A stretch of 64,000 nt of DNA from an uncultured Methanosarcinaceae archaeon (GTDB lineage: Archaea; Halobacteriota; Methanosarcinia; Methanosarcinales; Methanosarcinaceae), in contig CAVTET010000001.1 of assembly GCA_963733675.1 (NCBI GenBank), positions 640,001 to 704,000 of the forward strand. The letters run 5' to 3'. The translations under genes and the position numbers were made by a program. Within the stretch, counting starts at the first letter, position 1, and each line of letters opens with the position of its first letter. A model generated the notes under the pieces. That model saw only the letters and a list, made by a program, of their open reading frames with translations. It made no database searches and was not told the DNA's origin. Below, piece by piece: positions 45,281-56,595 of this stretch.

Positions 45281-45652
45281 TTAATAGACATCCTCCGGCT
45301 CAAAAACCTTCTCACCGATTATCTTTCCCTCGATATCTCGAAAAAAACAGGATCTATATCCCATGTGGCAAGCTCCCCCAACCTGGTCCACAAGCAGTAG
45401 GATAGAATCCATATCGCAGTCAATCTTTATCTGATTCACTTTCTGCACATTCCCCGAAATTTCCCCTTTTTTCCACAGCTGTTGTCTGCTCCTGCTCCAA
45501 AAATGCGCAATTCCAGTTTCAATAGTTTTCTCAAGGGCTTCCCGGTTCATATAAGCGCACATAAGCACTTCTCTGCTGATACTATCCTGAACAACAACAA
45601 AAATCAGATAATTTTCATATTTCAAGGTATCGAAATCAATCATGGAATACAT
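45281..45652 (-). CDS. hisI: Phosphoribosyl-AMP cyclohydrolase
   Basis: [30 protein letters not shown] and [10 protein letters not shown]. Confidence 0.95.
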   Translation of the reverse strand: MYSMIDFDTLKYENYLIFVVVQDSISREVLMCAYMNREALEKTIETGIAHFWSRSRQQLWKKGEISGNVQKVNQIKIDCDMDSILLLVDQVGGACHMGYRSCFFRDIEGKIIGEKVFEPEDVY

Positions 45653-45748
45653 ATTGTCAAAATAGTATAAAAAAACACATAGTTAGATGGCTTGAATTTC
45701 TGGATCTCGAATGGAAAATCTACCCTTGAACTACAAATGAGAGAAAAG

Positions 45749-46603
45749 GGTTCCGTTGCAAAAATCCTTTCTAATGATACAATAGAATAAAAAGAAAACC
45801 AAAGATAGTAATATGCTATCTAATTCCTTTAAATGGAAGCATTATGAAGGAGAAATTATCCTATTGAATGTAAGATGGTACTTAAAATATCCATTGAGCT
45901 ATAGAAATTTAAAGGAAATGATGATAGAAAGAGGAATTCAAGTTGATCACAGTACTATAATGAGATGGGTACATCAATATTCCCCTGAACTAGAAAAGAA
46001 GATAAGAAGACATTTAAGACTAACAAACTATTCGTGGAAAGTTGATGAAACCTATATCAAAATAAAAAGTAAATGGAAATATTTTTACCGAGCAGTTGAC
46101 TCAAATGGAGATACAATTGATTTCATGTTAAGTGCAAAACGAAATCGAAATGCAGCGAAGAGATTCTTTAAGAAAGCTTTAAGTTCTAATCATAATCAAA
46201 TTCCAAGAGTAATAACAGTTGATAAGAATCCAGCTTATCCACCTGCTATAGGTAAACTGAAAAATGATAAAATACTACCTAAAAACGTAGGCATTAGACA
46301 AATCAAGTATTTGAATAACATTATAGAACAAGATCATAGATTTATAAAGCGAATCGTTAATCCAATGTTAGGATTTCAGTCTTTTCAATCTGCTAATAAG
46401 ACTTTAAAAGGAATTGAAGCTATGAATATGATCAAAAAAGGACAAGTAAATGATTTAAATTACTCTGTTCTTAATGAAGTCAAATACATTAATCAATTGT
46501 TTGGTATAGTTTTATAATGTTAGTGCATTTTCTTTGAATATTCTGATTTTTATTCATTACCTATAGATTTATATATTTTTTTTGAATTTTTTGCAACGGA
46601 ACC
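45749..46603 (+). mobile_element. IS6-family insertion sequence, full length (855 bp)
   Basis: TIRs at 45749 and 46603. Confidence 0.95.
45813..46517 (+). CDS. IS6-family DDE transposase
   Basis: 234 aa with DDE motifs. Confidence 0.95.
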   Translation: MLSNSFKWKHYEGEIILLNVRWYLKYPLSYRNLKEMMIERGIQVDHSTIMRWVHQYSPELEKKIRRHLRLTNYSWKVDETYIKIKSKWKYFYRAVDSNGDTIDFMLSAKRNRNAAKRFFKKALSSNHNQIPRVITVDKNPAYPPAIGKLKNDKILPKNVGIRQIKYLNNIIEQDHRFIKRIVNPMLGFQSFQSANKTLKGIEAMNMIKKGQVNDLNYSVLNEVKYINQLFGIVL

Positions 46604-46830
46604 GTAGTTCGTACCTTATTAGTTTCGAGGGACTCGTGATCCTTTTTTCTGAAATAAGGGGCTATAAGGTCCTGGTCAAGAGCTAGGGCAAAACAGACAG
46701 CGGATTTTGCCTCTGGCAGCACATAGGTCAGGTCGGCGGAAGGAGGGCCGCAAGATAAGGTTTCCGTCGTTGCAATGCCTACTTTGAAGGCACCAAGGGT
46801 CATAGTCATTTCTTTTCGGGCTTTGGTCAG
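46604..46830 (-). pseudogene. N-terminus of an epoxyqueuosine reductase (QueG)/reductive-dehalogenase-like Fe-S protein, truncated by IS6
   Basis: LGAFKVGIATTETL..GPPSADLTYVLPEAKSAVCFALA ends at KVRTT exactly at the IS6 TIR. Confidence 0.7.
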
Positions 46831-46832
46831 TT

Positions 46833-47753
46833 CTACTTCTTCGATTCGTCGGTTGATTCTTCTTGTTTCGATTCCTCAAGCAAATTAGAATGGCATATCT
46901 GCTTTGGGCAATATTGGAGTGAAAAATATATTTCGTTCAAACCCTGCAGTATTTTGAACCCTTTTTCAGTAATCATATAATTGCCTCTCTCATGTTGCTG
47001 CAAAATCAGCCCACAGTCCATGAGTTTCTGGAGATGAAAGAGTAAGTTTCCTGCTAGAAGGCCCGTAAGTTTGGAAAAAGCAGAGAAACTTTTCGGTTCG
47101 AAGGAGACTGCTTTTAGAATTTCCAGGCGCTGTTTATTTGAAATCGGCTCGAGGATTTCGCTCATAACAACGCTAGTTTTGAGGGCTGAAATATCTGGCT
47201 TCTGTCCAAAATTATTTTTATAAATATTCAGAGATCGCATGAGGTTAATTTGTTTTATGAATAGACTCAAAACTTCGGAATAACACTGCTCACATTTTTT
47301 ATAAGGGGCTTCACATCTCAGTTCATTCAGATGATTTCTGTTGTTTGAAATAAGGGCTTCATCTACGTTGTTATTTCTTAGAAGCCCTCCATTGTGCTGT
47401 AGAAAGGCTGTAAATTTAGAAGTGCAATTTTCCTTTTCAGGACATTTTTTCACCATGTTTTGTTTAAGTCCAGCCTCTATATCTTCAAAGAGATGAATTA
47501 GAAGAGCGTGTGAATATTCATGCCTTGAACTTTCGAGAGTAGTTTCGAAACGCAGCCTATTGGAATATTCCACCACTTTTTTGATATCACTGTGCATTTC
47601 GGAAAGTTTTCCCTTTATAGTCTGTATCTCTTCCATTTCTAGATCTTCAGATTTTTTAAGATCTTCAGGAGTGTATTTATTCTCCTTGCTAACCTTGTTC
47701 ATGTCTTTGTACCTATTTACTTTATTTTTAAAATTTCTGTCATAACTTTCCAA
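46833..47753 (-). CDS. ArsR-type winged-helix regulator with Cys-containing N-terminal domain
   Basis: C-terminal EPISNKQRLEILK..FSAFSKLTGL..GNLLFHLQKL..Y.ITEKG; CPEKENC and CEQC motifs; start uncertain. Confidence 0.8.
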   Translation of the reverse strand: MESYDRNFKNKVNRYKDMNKVSKENKYTPEDLKKSEDLEMEEIQTIKGKLSEMHSDIKKVVEYSNRLRFETTLESSRHEYSHALLIHLFEDIEAGLKQNMVKKCPEKENCTSKFTAFLQHNGGLLRNNNVDEALISNNRNHLNELRCEAPYKKCEQCYSEVLSLFIKQINLMRSLNIYKNNFGQKPDISALKTSVVMSEILEPISNKQRLEILKAVSFEPKSFSAFSKLTGLLAGNLLFHLQKLMDCGLILQQHERGNYMITEKGFKILQGLNEIYFSLQYCPKQICHSNLLEESKQEESTDESKK

Positions 47754-48309
47754 ATTATTCAGATGCTTATTTCGTAAGGATGCAAAAATGTATTTAGTAT
47801 ATTTTGATGCAGATTAAATATAAATAAATAACTCACCAACTAATTCTAGGTTTGTGTAGTAGAAATTTGAAAACGGATGTGAAACAATATAGTGAAATGT
47901 AGAAGCTGTCGTCAGGATTAGCGCCACTTTTATCATCTTGTGGCTTGCACTTACTGAAGTAACTTCTAACTATAGTAAGAAACCAACTATCAGTAAAATA
48001 GTAATTATCTTTTTAAATATCATTTATTTTTCCCTCATTTTATCTTTCACTTCATTAAATTATGGCGCCTGAAGGGATAGCAAAAGCTTTGGAAGATTAG
48101 GAACTTAAAATAGTATTTTTCCTTTTTATTGATATTGAGATCAGTGATTCTTGGGGGGAAGGTGGGACCCTTATAGGTCCCTGGTTTTCACATTTCATGC
48201 AGTGACTTCAGGGAAAAAGACATTAATCATTCCTGGACCTAAAGATCTTGAAGTATTGGAGGCAAAGCTGGGAAATAATACTGTTGTAGGGCATAAAACA
48301 ACGTTTGAA

Positions 48310-48747
48310 GCTAAGTTCCTAAAGCATCATTGGAATTACCGTCTTTTTCCTTATAGGAGACATCAGCTTGGCGATTCTCTGAGGCATTCTCATATTCCTG
48401 CTCAGCTATATCCCCTACACTGTTCTCGTTCTAGCTTCTATTCCGCCAATAATGCTTGCGCTTTTCAAGTATGGGCCTGCAAGCTCTCTTGCCGTTATTG
48501 CAGTCGTTTATGTGCTCGCAGAAAACGTTGTATTCCCTTCACTCGCTGGGAAAAGCCTGAAATTATCTCCATGCATTTTGTTTCTTTCACTTATCTATTA
48601 AAATTATGTGCTTGGAACTACAGTTGTACTGCTTTCCATACCGCTTACAGTAATTTTGAAGTTGTATTTGAGAGTTTTGATGAAACAAAATGGCTGGCTA
48701 GATTGATAGGTCCGACTGAAGATATAGAAGAAGATGGGAAACCATGA
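48310..48747 (+). pseudogene. AI-2E (PerM) family transporter, decayed C-terminal part
   Basis: An alternative frame reads FLLSYIPY..LASIPPIMLAL..ENVVFPSLAGKSLKLSP..VLLSIPLTV with stops, joining ESFDETKWLARLIGP. Confidence 0.72.
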
Positions 48748-49258
48748 AGCAAAGCACAGAGATCTATGTAGATTGTGGCATAAAGAACAGCATAAAGGGC
48801 TATCGGTCTAGTTTTCTTTGGAGAACCAAAGGACAGACGAAAAATGTTATAGATTATTATTAATTGACATGATCAGCATAATCGCAAAAAATGAATAATA
48901 CCAATATACGTATCATAGGACTTTACCAATGGATAAACTTAATCTCAGCCCCTCTGACAGGTTTATAATGCATCTGATGGTATATCCCCCCAACCTACTC
49001 AAAAAATATCTTAAATCACCTCACAATCCGTCTTTTTTCGTTATACTTATCATAAACCTATGTTGATTAACCAATTTGACTTTTTTTGAGTTTATTCTTA
49101 TTTCACAACCTTAAACTGAAGAATATGAAATTTATGTGAAATCCTGTCTCAAAACCTAAGTAACTACAGTTTATTACATAATTTTTATCATTTTGAAATG
49201 ATAAAAGTATATGAAAAACCTCGAGAACCTACCTAGAGTTATCAAACTGTAGAATTAT

Positions 49259-50272
49259 GGGGTTTTAATTAATGTCAATGATCGCTCTTGCCAGATCACA
49301 GGCTACAGTTGCGAGGAGATGCTTGGGATGAATGTAACTGAGCTACCGCATCCTAATGATCGTGACTACGACCGCAAGCCGCTTGTTAATTATCTGAGTG
49401 GCGAAACTTCAACTTTCGATATTTAGAAGTGCTATGCCCACAAGGACAGTGAGTTGATATGGGTCCATATCACAGCAGCGTTGGTCTACGACACCGAAGG
49501 CAGGCCGCTCCGCTCGATAGGGGTGCGTCGGACGTCATCGAACGTAAGATGGCAGAGCAGGAACGGGAGCGACTTCTAGACGTTATTCAACCGGAGAGAG
49601 ATAAGCTATCTGTATTGATTGATAGCATTACTGCTGAAGTCTGGTTTGCAGACTCTCAGAAAAACTTCACCTTTATCAATCCTTCTGGACGTTTGGAGTT
49701 CAACATCATTGATGATGAAGTAGTCGAGGTGGAAAAATTAGATTTGAACCTAGAAGTCTATAATCCTGACGGCAATCTGCGTCCGGTAGAGAAAGCACCT
49801 CCATTGCGTGCTCTGCATGATGAAATTGTGAAAAATCAAGAAGAGATCATCCGCATGCCTATCGACGGAGAGTTGCGCTATCGGCAAGTGAATGCTTCCC
49901 CAGTGCGAGATCAAAAAGGCGATATCATTGGATCTATATCCGTTGTTTGAGACATTACAGAAAGTAAGCGATATGAACAACGGTTATTTGACACTAAGCA
50001 ACGTCTGGAAGCACTTATGATGGCATCTCCTATGGGAATCAGTTTCTCAAATGACCCTACCTGTCAGTTTATTACTGGAAATTCTGCATTATTAGCTCAA
50101 TTCGACAGTAGTACAGAAGACAATATTTCAACATCTGCGCCTAATGACGATGCGCTTGGTCGACAAGTACGTTTCTTTTTGAATGGTAGGCAGATCAGTG
50201 ATATAGAGCTTCCTTTGCAGCGAGCCGTCGCTGAGAATCGGATGATTCCACCTATGGAGCTAGAGGTACAGC
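49259..50272 (+). pseudogene. Multi-PAS sensor (histidine kinase-type) pseudogene, truncated by IS6
   Basis: PAS/PAC motifs VNDR.CQITGYS.EE, HPND, WVHITA, NASPVRDQKGDIIGSISVV*DITE; stops and frameshifts; cut at TIR 50273. Confidence 0.8.
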
Positions 50273-51127
50273 GGTTCCGTTGCAAAAACTTCAACAAAAT
50301 ATGTAAATCTATAAGTGATTAATAAAAATCAAAACATTCAAGGAAAATGTACTAACATTATAAAACTATACCAAATAATTGATTAATGTATTTGACTTCA
50401 TTAAGAACAGAGTAATTTAAATCATTTACTTGTCCTTTTTTGATCATATTCATAGCTTCAATTCCTTTTAAAGTCTTATTAGCAGATCGAAAAGACTGAA
50501 ATCCTAACATTGGATTAACGATTCGCTTTATAAATCTATGATCTTGTTCTATAATGTTATTCAAATACTTGATTTGTCGAATGCCTACGTTTTTAGGTAG
50601 TATTTTATCAATTTTTAGTTTATCTATAGCAGGTGGATAAGCTGGATTCTTATCAACGGTTATTAATCTTGGAATTTGATTATGATTAGAACTTAAAGCT
50701 TTCTTAAAAAATCTCTTCGCTGCATTTCGATTTCGTGTTACACTTAACATGAAATCAATTGTATCTCCATTTGAGTCAACTGCTCGGTAAAAATATTTCC
50801 ATTTACCTTTTATTTTGATATAGGTTTCATCAACTTTCCACGAATAGTTTGTTAGTCTTAAATGTCTTCTTATCTTCTTTTCTAGTTCAGGGGAATATTG
50901 ATGTACCCATCTCATGATTGTTGTATGGTCGACTTTTACTCCCCTTTCTGCCATCATTTCCTTTAAATTTCTATAACTTAATGCATATTTTAAGTACCAT
51001 CTTACATTCAATAAGATTATTTCCCCTTCATAATGCTTCCATTTAAAGGAATTAGATAGCATGTTACTATCTTTGGTTTTCTTTTTATTCTATTGTATCA
51101 TTAGAAAGGATTTTTTGCAACGGAACC
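50273..51127 (-). mobile_element. IS6-family insertion sequence, full length (855 bp)
   Basis: TIRs at 50273 and 51127. Confidence 0.95.
50358..51062 (-). CDS. IS6-family DDE transposase
   Basis: 234 aa with DDE motifs. Confidence 0.95.
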   Translation of the reverse strand: MLSNSFKWKHYEGEIILLNVRWYLKYALSYRNLKEMMAERGVKVDHTTIMRWVHQYSPELEKKIRRHLRLTNYSWKVDETYIKIKGKWKYFYRAVDSNGDTIDFMLSVTRNRNAAKRFFKKALSSNHNQIPRLITVDKNPAYPPAIDKLKIDKILPKNVGIRQIKYLNNIIEQDHRFIKRIVNPMLGFQSFRSANKTLKGIEAMNMIKKGQVNDLNYSVLNEVKYINQLFGIVL

Positions 51128-51695
51128 ATTTTTGCATGTCCTGGATCTGAATGCATAAAAATAGAGTACTGAATAATTTCCTTTTTTATTTACAAACCGA
51201 GGCAATAAAGTTGTCTTTGCAACGGTCCTCATATTTCTTCTCTTTGCAGTTATCAATAATTTTTTTTCTTAATAATCAGACTGTGGTACTATCTAAAATA
51301 TACTCAGAAAAACCAAGACATTTTCTGAAAGAAATCTGAGCAATTCATTTTTTCTCAAGTTCAAAGTCTTAAAGACCACTTCATCACTTTAAAATTAGTA
51401 CTTTTAACATAATTATTAATTCAGCTTCAGGAAACTATTTTGTTAAGATATATAGATTCAAAAATGATAAGAAAAAATTTCCAATCAATTAAGAAATGAA
51501 TTTCAGCAAGTTATTATCCAATTGACTGAAGATGTTTATATTCTTCTTTAAGAACCAAATAAGTAGGAGTTTTCATGAGCAAAAATTAATGTTAAATGAT
51601 TTAAACTCTTCAATGCTCAATGCATAGAAGTTTATAAAAATTCTCTGAAATTTTAAGCTAAAGTAAAGATTACGAAAAGTGAAAAAATGAGATAC

Positions 51696-52046
51696 TTATG
51701 GTTGTGAATACTGTTTCCAATATTTGTATGCTTTGACATAACCTTCCCAAAGTGTAAAATCATCTAATTCTTTAAAATCTTCTTCCACCGCCCCCAAGTA
51801 GACTCGGTTCTCAAAAGCCGAAAAATCCATCTCGTATTTTTGCTTCATTTCGTCTATTTTTTCCCCATAGTAATGAATTTTTTGCTCAGCCTGGTTCTGC
51901 AAAAGCCACTGTAAGACTTCTTGCTCGTCTTTGTACATCCCAGTTTTTACTATTTCACTATTATGTTCAAAGATTTTTCTGGGGACTTTTGCGTGTTTAA
52001 TAATGTCTCCCAATATTACCACCAAACTACCACTTTGTTCTTTCAA
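51696..52046 (-). CDS. Small hypothetical protein, antitoxin-like
   Basis: KYEMDFSAFE..EEDF..DDF..WE pattern recalls small antitoxin-like proteins; start uncertain. Confidence 0.5.
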   Translation of the reverse strand: MKEQSGSLVVILGDIIKHAKVPRKIFEHNSEIVKTGMYKDEQEVLQWLLQNQAEQKIHYYGEKIDEMKQKYEMDFSAFENRVYLGAVEEDFKELDDFTLWEGYVKAYKYWKQYSQP

Positions 52047-53444
52047 GTTATATATATTTTAATATTAGTTTAACTATTTTTTATAAAGTTAGATCATCAA
52101 GTTCAACAAAAAAAGCAAGAAATTCGGAGTTATCAATTTATACCTCTTATTTCATACTAATTTTTTATACACTGTTCAACATTCAATTTATGTCCTATAA
52201 ACCTTATATATTTTTTGGTAATAAAATGCTTAAGTATAGGGATTCCTGCTACTTATCAAAACAGACATATTTCAAGATGGGCGAATAAAGAATTATCACA
52301 ATTATTCAGGTATTTTCAGAGCTTTGTGAAGAACTATATGAAATAAATTCATTTAATGCGTCACATTTTTCATTATTCTATAAATGGGCCCTCTTTTTCT
52401 GCCTGATTTGACATTTGAGCAGAAATAAGTTATATCTTTTTTTGTTTTATTTCGTCCAATGAATGCAAAAACAAAATGACTAAAAAAATCCCCATCAATT
52501 CCTAATAAAAAGATATGCGTTCCTATGAAATTGATTCTTGCTATTCAATCCTTTTATAAAAACTTAATTTTTGTGAGATTTTTAGCAAGCAGGGAAGAAA
52601 AGAGTTGCATTTTAATAATTTATCGATAGGCTCGCTGAGCTCTGAGTTCACATATAATTTTTGTATCAAAATCTGAAATAGCTAAATCGGAAGAGATGAT
52701 AGCATATTAAAACTTAAAAAAATCTATAAAATAGCTCATTACATGACTCTCGAAATTCGGATGGAAGAAAGATATTGAATTTTCTGAGCAATTTGTTTTC
52801 TGTTTATGATCATGCGGAAATTGATCCAAAGTTGGACTGAAAAAGTATAGTTATTCAACACACTAAATCTAAACTTGACAAGTATGGACACAATAGAGAT
52901 CATAAATTACTGATAACATTTGTATGAATGAACTCAAGAAACCAATAAAAATACCTATTGAAGTTACAGTTAATAGAGGTAAAGTTCTTGATTTGCAGCA
53001 TTTTTTTTCGACACTTATAATTAGGAATTAGGTAGAAATAACTCGAAAAAAGCTTCCTGATTATTTTAGAAAAGGAGATAATAAAGAAAACTGGATTGAA
53101 ATTTTGCAAAAAGAGAAGCTAAAATTTGATAGGGAAAAATCTAATAGCTGATGCCGAAAAAGATATACATTGGATAGAAATTGTCAAACTAAGTAGCATT
53201 AAATAGTTTTTATTTCTCATAATCTATATATAAGAAGCAATTGGAAGCAAAAGTAAGAACTATTTTGCAGAAGTTACAAGAAGCATAGGAGATCCCAGAA
53301 GTAATCGTAAAAAATGAGCGGAATTTTACTAAGTATAGGAGCTAATTAGCGAAGTACTGAACGTGCCTATTTTCTGGCTATTATTTATGCTTCTAAATTT
53401 TGTTGAAGATGATAGTTGCAAAATATCACGATTACAAAAATACA

Positions 53445-54410
53445 TTATTGAGCTGACTCAGTTTGCATGCCCATTCCTACTAAAGAATGCATAATAATCC
53501 CTCTCAAAGTCATATATATCCCTAAAATAGCCAAAAAACTCATCAGGAACATTGGACCGACTCTCAGACTACCTATGCCAAGAAAATAAGCTTCCAGAAA
53601 CCTGAAGGCCATATAGAAGCTGCATGTTGCGAGAGCAAAACCTGGCACTGAATTGTAATACAACAATTTATTGGTCTCTATATCCTCGACCACAGTTTTT
53701 AAGAATCCAAAAATGCACTTAATTGGATCTCTGACAAGGCCTCCAAAATCATGACAGCCACATATTTCAACTTCTTTTATAGAGATGCCAGCTTTTCCTG
53801 CATCTGTGAGCATTTCGCTCTCGATAGTTATGTCCTGAGAATCAAAGCGAAAAATATTTTTTAAAGAAGCTGAAAAGGCACGAAAACCACTATATTGATC
53901 GGTGATCTTAAAATATGAATTGATTTGAGCAGTAGTATCCTGAAGAGTCCGATCCATATGATGGTATATAGAAGCGTTTTTGTTCATACTACTTAGACAG
54001 CGGCTGCTGGTAACTATTTCAGCCTCGCCTTCAATAATCGGTTCAACAAGCATGAGAATGTCAGCAGGGTTGTGCTGCCAATTTGAATTCATGGTCACAA
54101 TAATGTCAGCTCCAATGCCTGATGCTACTTTAAAACCGGTCTTAAGAGCTTCACGTTTTCCTTTCCTGTCCCCATGAACAATAACATTAGCTCCAGCTTT
54201 TTTGGCGACCTCTGCTGTCCGATCGACACTGCCATCATCAACAACAATCACGTTGTCAACATAAAGTCTACTGAGCAAAACGAGACTTCCAATGGACTCT
54301 TCTTCATCGCAAGCTGGAAGTATAATAGTTATTATTTGAGAGGTTGCCCTCCGATCTCTCTTATTTATTGGTATGTTTAAACATCTTTTGATAAGCATCT
54401 CGTCACTCAT
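53445..54410 (-). CDS. DPM1-like GT2 glycosyltransferase with degenerate DxD motif
   Basis: VVDDGSVD, D..SGFRAFS, IESEML and two C-terminal TM helices; expected DSDGQH reads NSNWQH. Confidence 0.8.
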   Translation of the reverse strand: MSDEMLIKRCLNIPINKRDRRATSQIITIILPACDEEESIGSLVLLSRLYVDNVIVVDDGSVDRTAEVAKKAGANVIVHGDRKGKREALKTGFKVASGIGADIIVTMNSNWQHNPADILMLVEPIIEGEAEIVTSSRCLSSMNKNASIYHHMDRTLQDTTAQINSYFKITDQYSGFRAFSASLKNIFRFDSQDITIESEMLTDAGKAGISIKEVEICGCHDFGGLVRDPIKCIFGFLKTVVEDIETNKLLYYNSVPGFALATCSFYMAFRFLEAYFLGIGSLRVGPMFLMSFLAILGIYMTLRGIIMHSLVGMGMQTESAQ

Positions 54411-55789
54411 TTAGAATTACCTCTAAACACTCCCAGAATTAATTTAGTTACTATAAGGGATTATGATCCAAATAAAATTAACACTGTTAAGAAATTTTAC
54501 AAAACTTACTCTTAAAAATTAATAGGAATGACAGTTATATAAATCTATTGTAACCAACATAGAAGCAGAGTAATAAATTAAAAGTAATTGCATCAGAAGA
54601 ACCTTGATAAGAGTGGTATAAACTTATATGTTTGAGATAAGAATCCAGGGAAAAGAATTTATAAATTTAAATAGTAATACTATATTTTGTATAGACATAT
54701 ACATTTTATTTCAAAAAACATCCAATAAAATGAAAATTAATCTCACTCTGATATGAGGTTTCTGCATCATAACAATTTATCCCTCCATCTAATACAATTT
54801 TACGCACTTAATCTCCCTCTTAGAGTACTTGCTGCATCGCTTCAAAATGAAAAATAAATACTAAAAAATAAACATATATTCTGAAAATATAGTTCTCCTG
54901 TGCGTCAGAACATTGTCAAAAAAAGAAGTTAAAAAATATGGATAAAGAGAATCATAATTTCGATTGTAAACCCCGCTGCAAGCAACTGGATATGTTTGCA
55001 CCACCTTCTGCATAAAGGAATTATTCGAAACCAAATATTTTCTATCGCCTTTATAATTCCTTTTCCTTTCTGTTACCCTGCCTTTCAACATCTTTATTAA
55101 TGACATCGAAAGATGTAACATCCTACATTCCAGATATATCGAATTTATTGCCTAACTACTCAATATTATTCACTGAAAGTTAGATTAATCTAACATGAAG
55201 TCAGTAACGAAACTGGTTCCTCAAGTTCACTATCCACCCTCTTTTTTAACAATTTACTGTTTACAAGTATAATACCAAATATTGTTTCATTTTCACTATT
55301 ATAAGGTAGGTGCTAATTCTTGAGGTCTGGGTTCACTACCTTATTATCTTAAATATAAAATAAGTAATAAGACACTAATGGGCTCATGGCAAGTTTCTCA
55401 TTCGATAGCAATAAAAATACGCCACCACAAAATCTTTCTGAAATCACTAAATTTATTGGTCTTCAAAAAATAAAGATTTTAGGGAGAAATCGGGATAAAC
55501 CCGGCTCTTTTAATGAACATCAAAGGAGTTAAATATTTTTTCTGCATTTAAAAGCCATATAATTGGCCACAAGTAGTATGTTTCATATGTATTGGAATAA
55601 TTGAATTTACAAATACATGGGCAAATAAAATATGAGGTCAGTAAAACAAGAATGCTATCAAAGTAATCACTGTCTGGAAAAATTTTCCGCTGTTTATTTA
55701 GGGCTGATAAAATCAGAAAATACATTTTATAAAAAATAGAATATAATTTACTTACATTAAAGTAAAAATATTACTGATTTTGCAGCTCC

Positions 55790-56100
55790 AGGAGAACTGC
55801 TTCCTACAGGCACTGTGGATGTAACATTGTTATTTTTGTGTTAATTCAGGGATTATGTTTCTGTTCCGGTTCGAAAAACATACCTTTGGTCCATCCGGGT
55901 GATTGCAACTCTATAAAACTATGGTCCTACATTTACTGAGGTTGCAACTTGGTTTGTTTCTTTGTCAATTACAAAAAAATGTTGCTGCCAAAGTTTTGAA
56001 TATATGCATCTGGAGATGCATATAAGATACTTACCAACATTAAAATCATAACTATTGAAACTAAGACTACTGAATACGATTTGTGTTTATGATCACGTAT
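55790..56100 (-). pseudogene. YVTN surface protein relic
   Basis: KHKSYSVVLVSIVMILMLVSILYASPDAYIQNFGSN resembles the N-terminus of 19766-20812; a shifted frame reads VIDKETNQVATSVNVGP. Confidence 0.6.
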
Positions 56101-56427
56101 TTCAACTCTTTTACCAATGTTATTAATTAGGAAAATTCGAAGATCGTTCCATCTGATTGTAAACATTCACCATTCTGATTCTGAGTATTGAAACACATTT
56201 AACTATTCTTATAAATTTATGTAGTTGTTAGTTATAAATAACATTAAAACATATTTAGGATCAAAAACAAAGGGTAGTATGCCTGCAAAATATTCTCTTT
56301 CGATAAAGTTCTCCTTGCAAATAACTCTGCATCCAAACCCGCAAGTATACCGATCATATGGCAAGACCTCCATGTATTTTGGCCAATGGCCGGTGGTATC
56401 AGATGTAATCAAGAAGATCCAAATCCG

Positions 56428-56560
56428 ATGAAGCAATAGCAGCATTTGACAAAACAATTGAAATTAATCCGCTGGATTCAGAAGTTTGATACAATAAAGG
56501 AAGAGCTCTAAGTAAATCAAGTAAGTTAGATGAAGCCATAAAAGCGTATGACAAATCCCT
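56428..56560 (+). pseudogene. TPR gene relic
   Basis: DEAIAAFDKTIEINPLDSEV*YNKGRALSKSSKLDEAIKAYDKS. Confidence 0.7.
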
Positions 56561-56595
56561 TTATTAATATTCAAATCCATATCATGAGGATTAAA

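Noticed and set aside
39351-46603. Composite transposon carrying cargo
   Set aside because: The enclosed genes are housekeeping, the IS6 copies are inverted rather than direct, and there is no outer target duplication; kept only as an inversion candidate.
48151-48747. 198-aa ORF as a real protein
   Set aside because: Mostly an off-frame reading of the AI-2E pseudogene; only the last ~25 aa are in the genuine frame.
49259-50272. Pyrrolysine read-through of TAG in the PAS gene
   Set aside because: The gene also has a frameshift, a TGA and an IS6 truncation, so decay is the simpler explanation.
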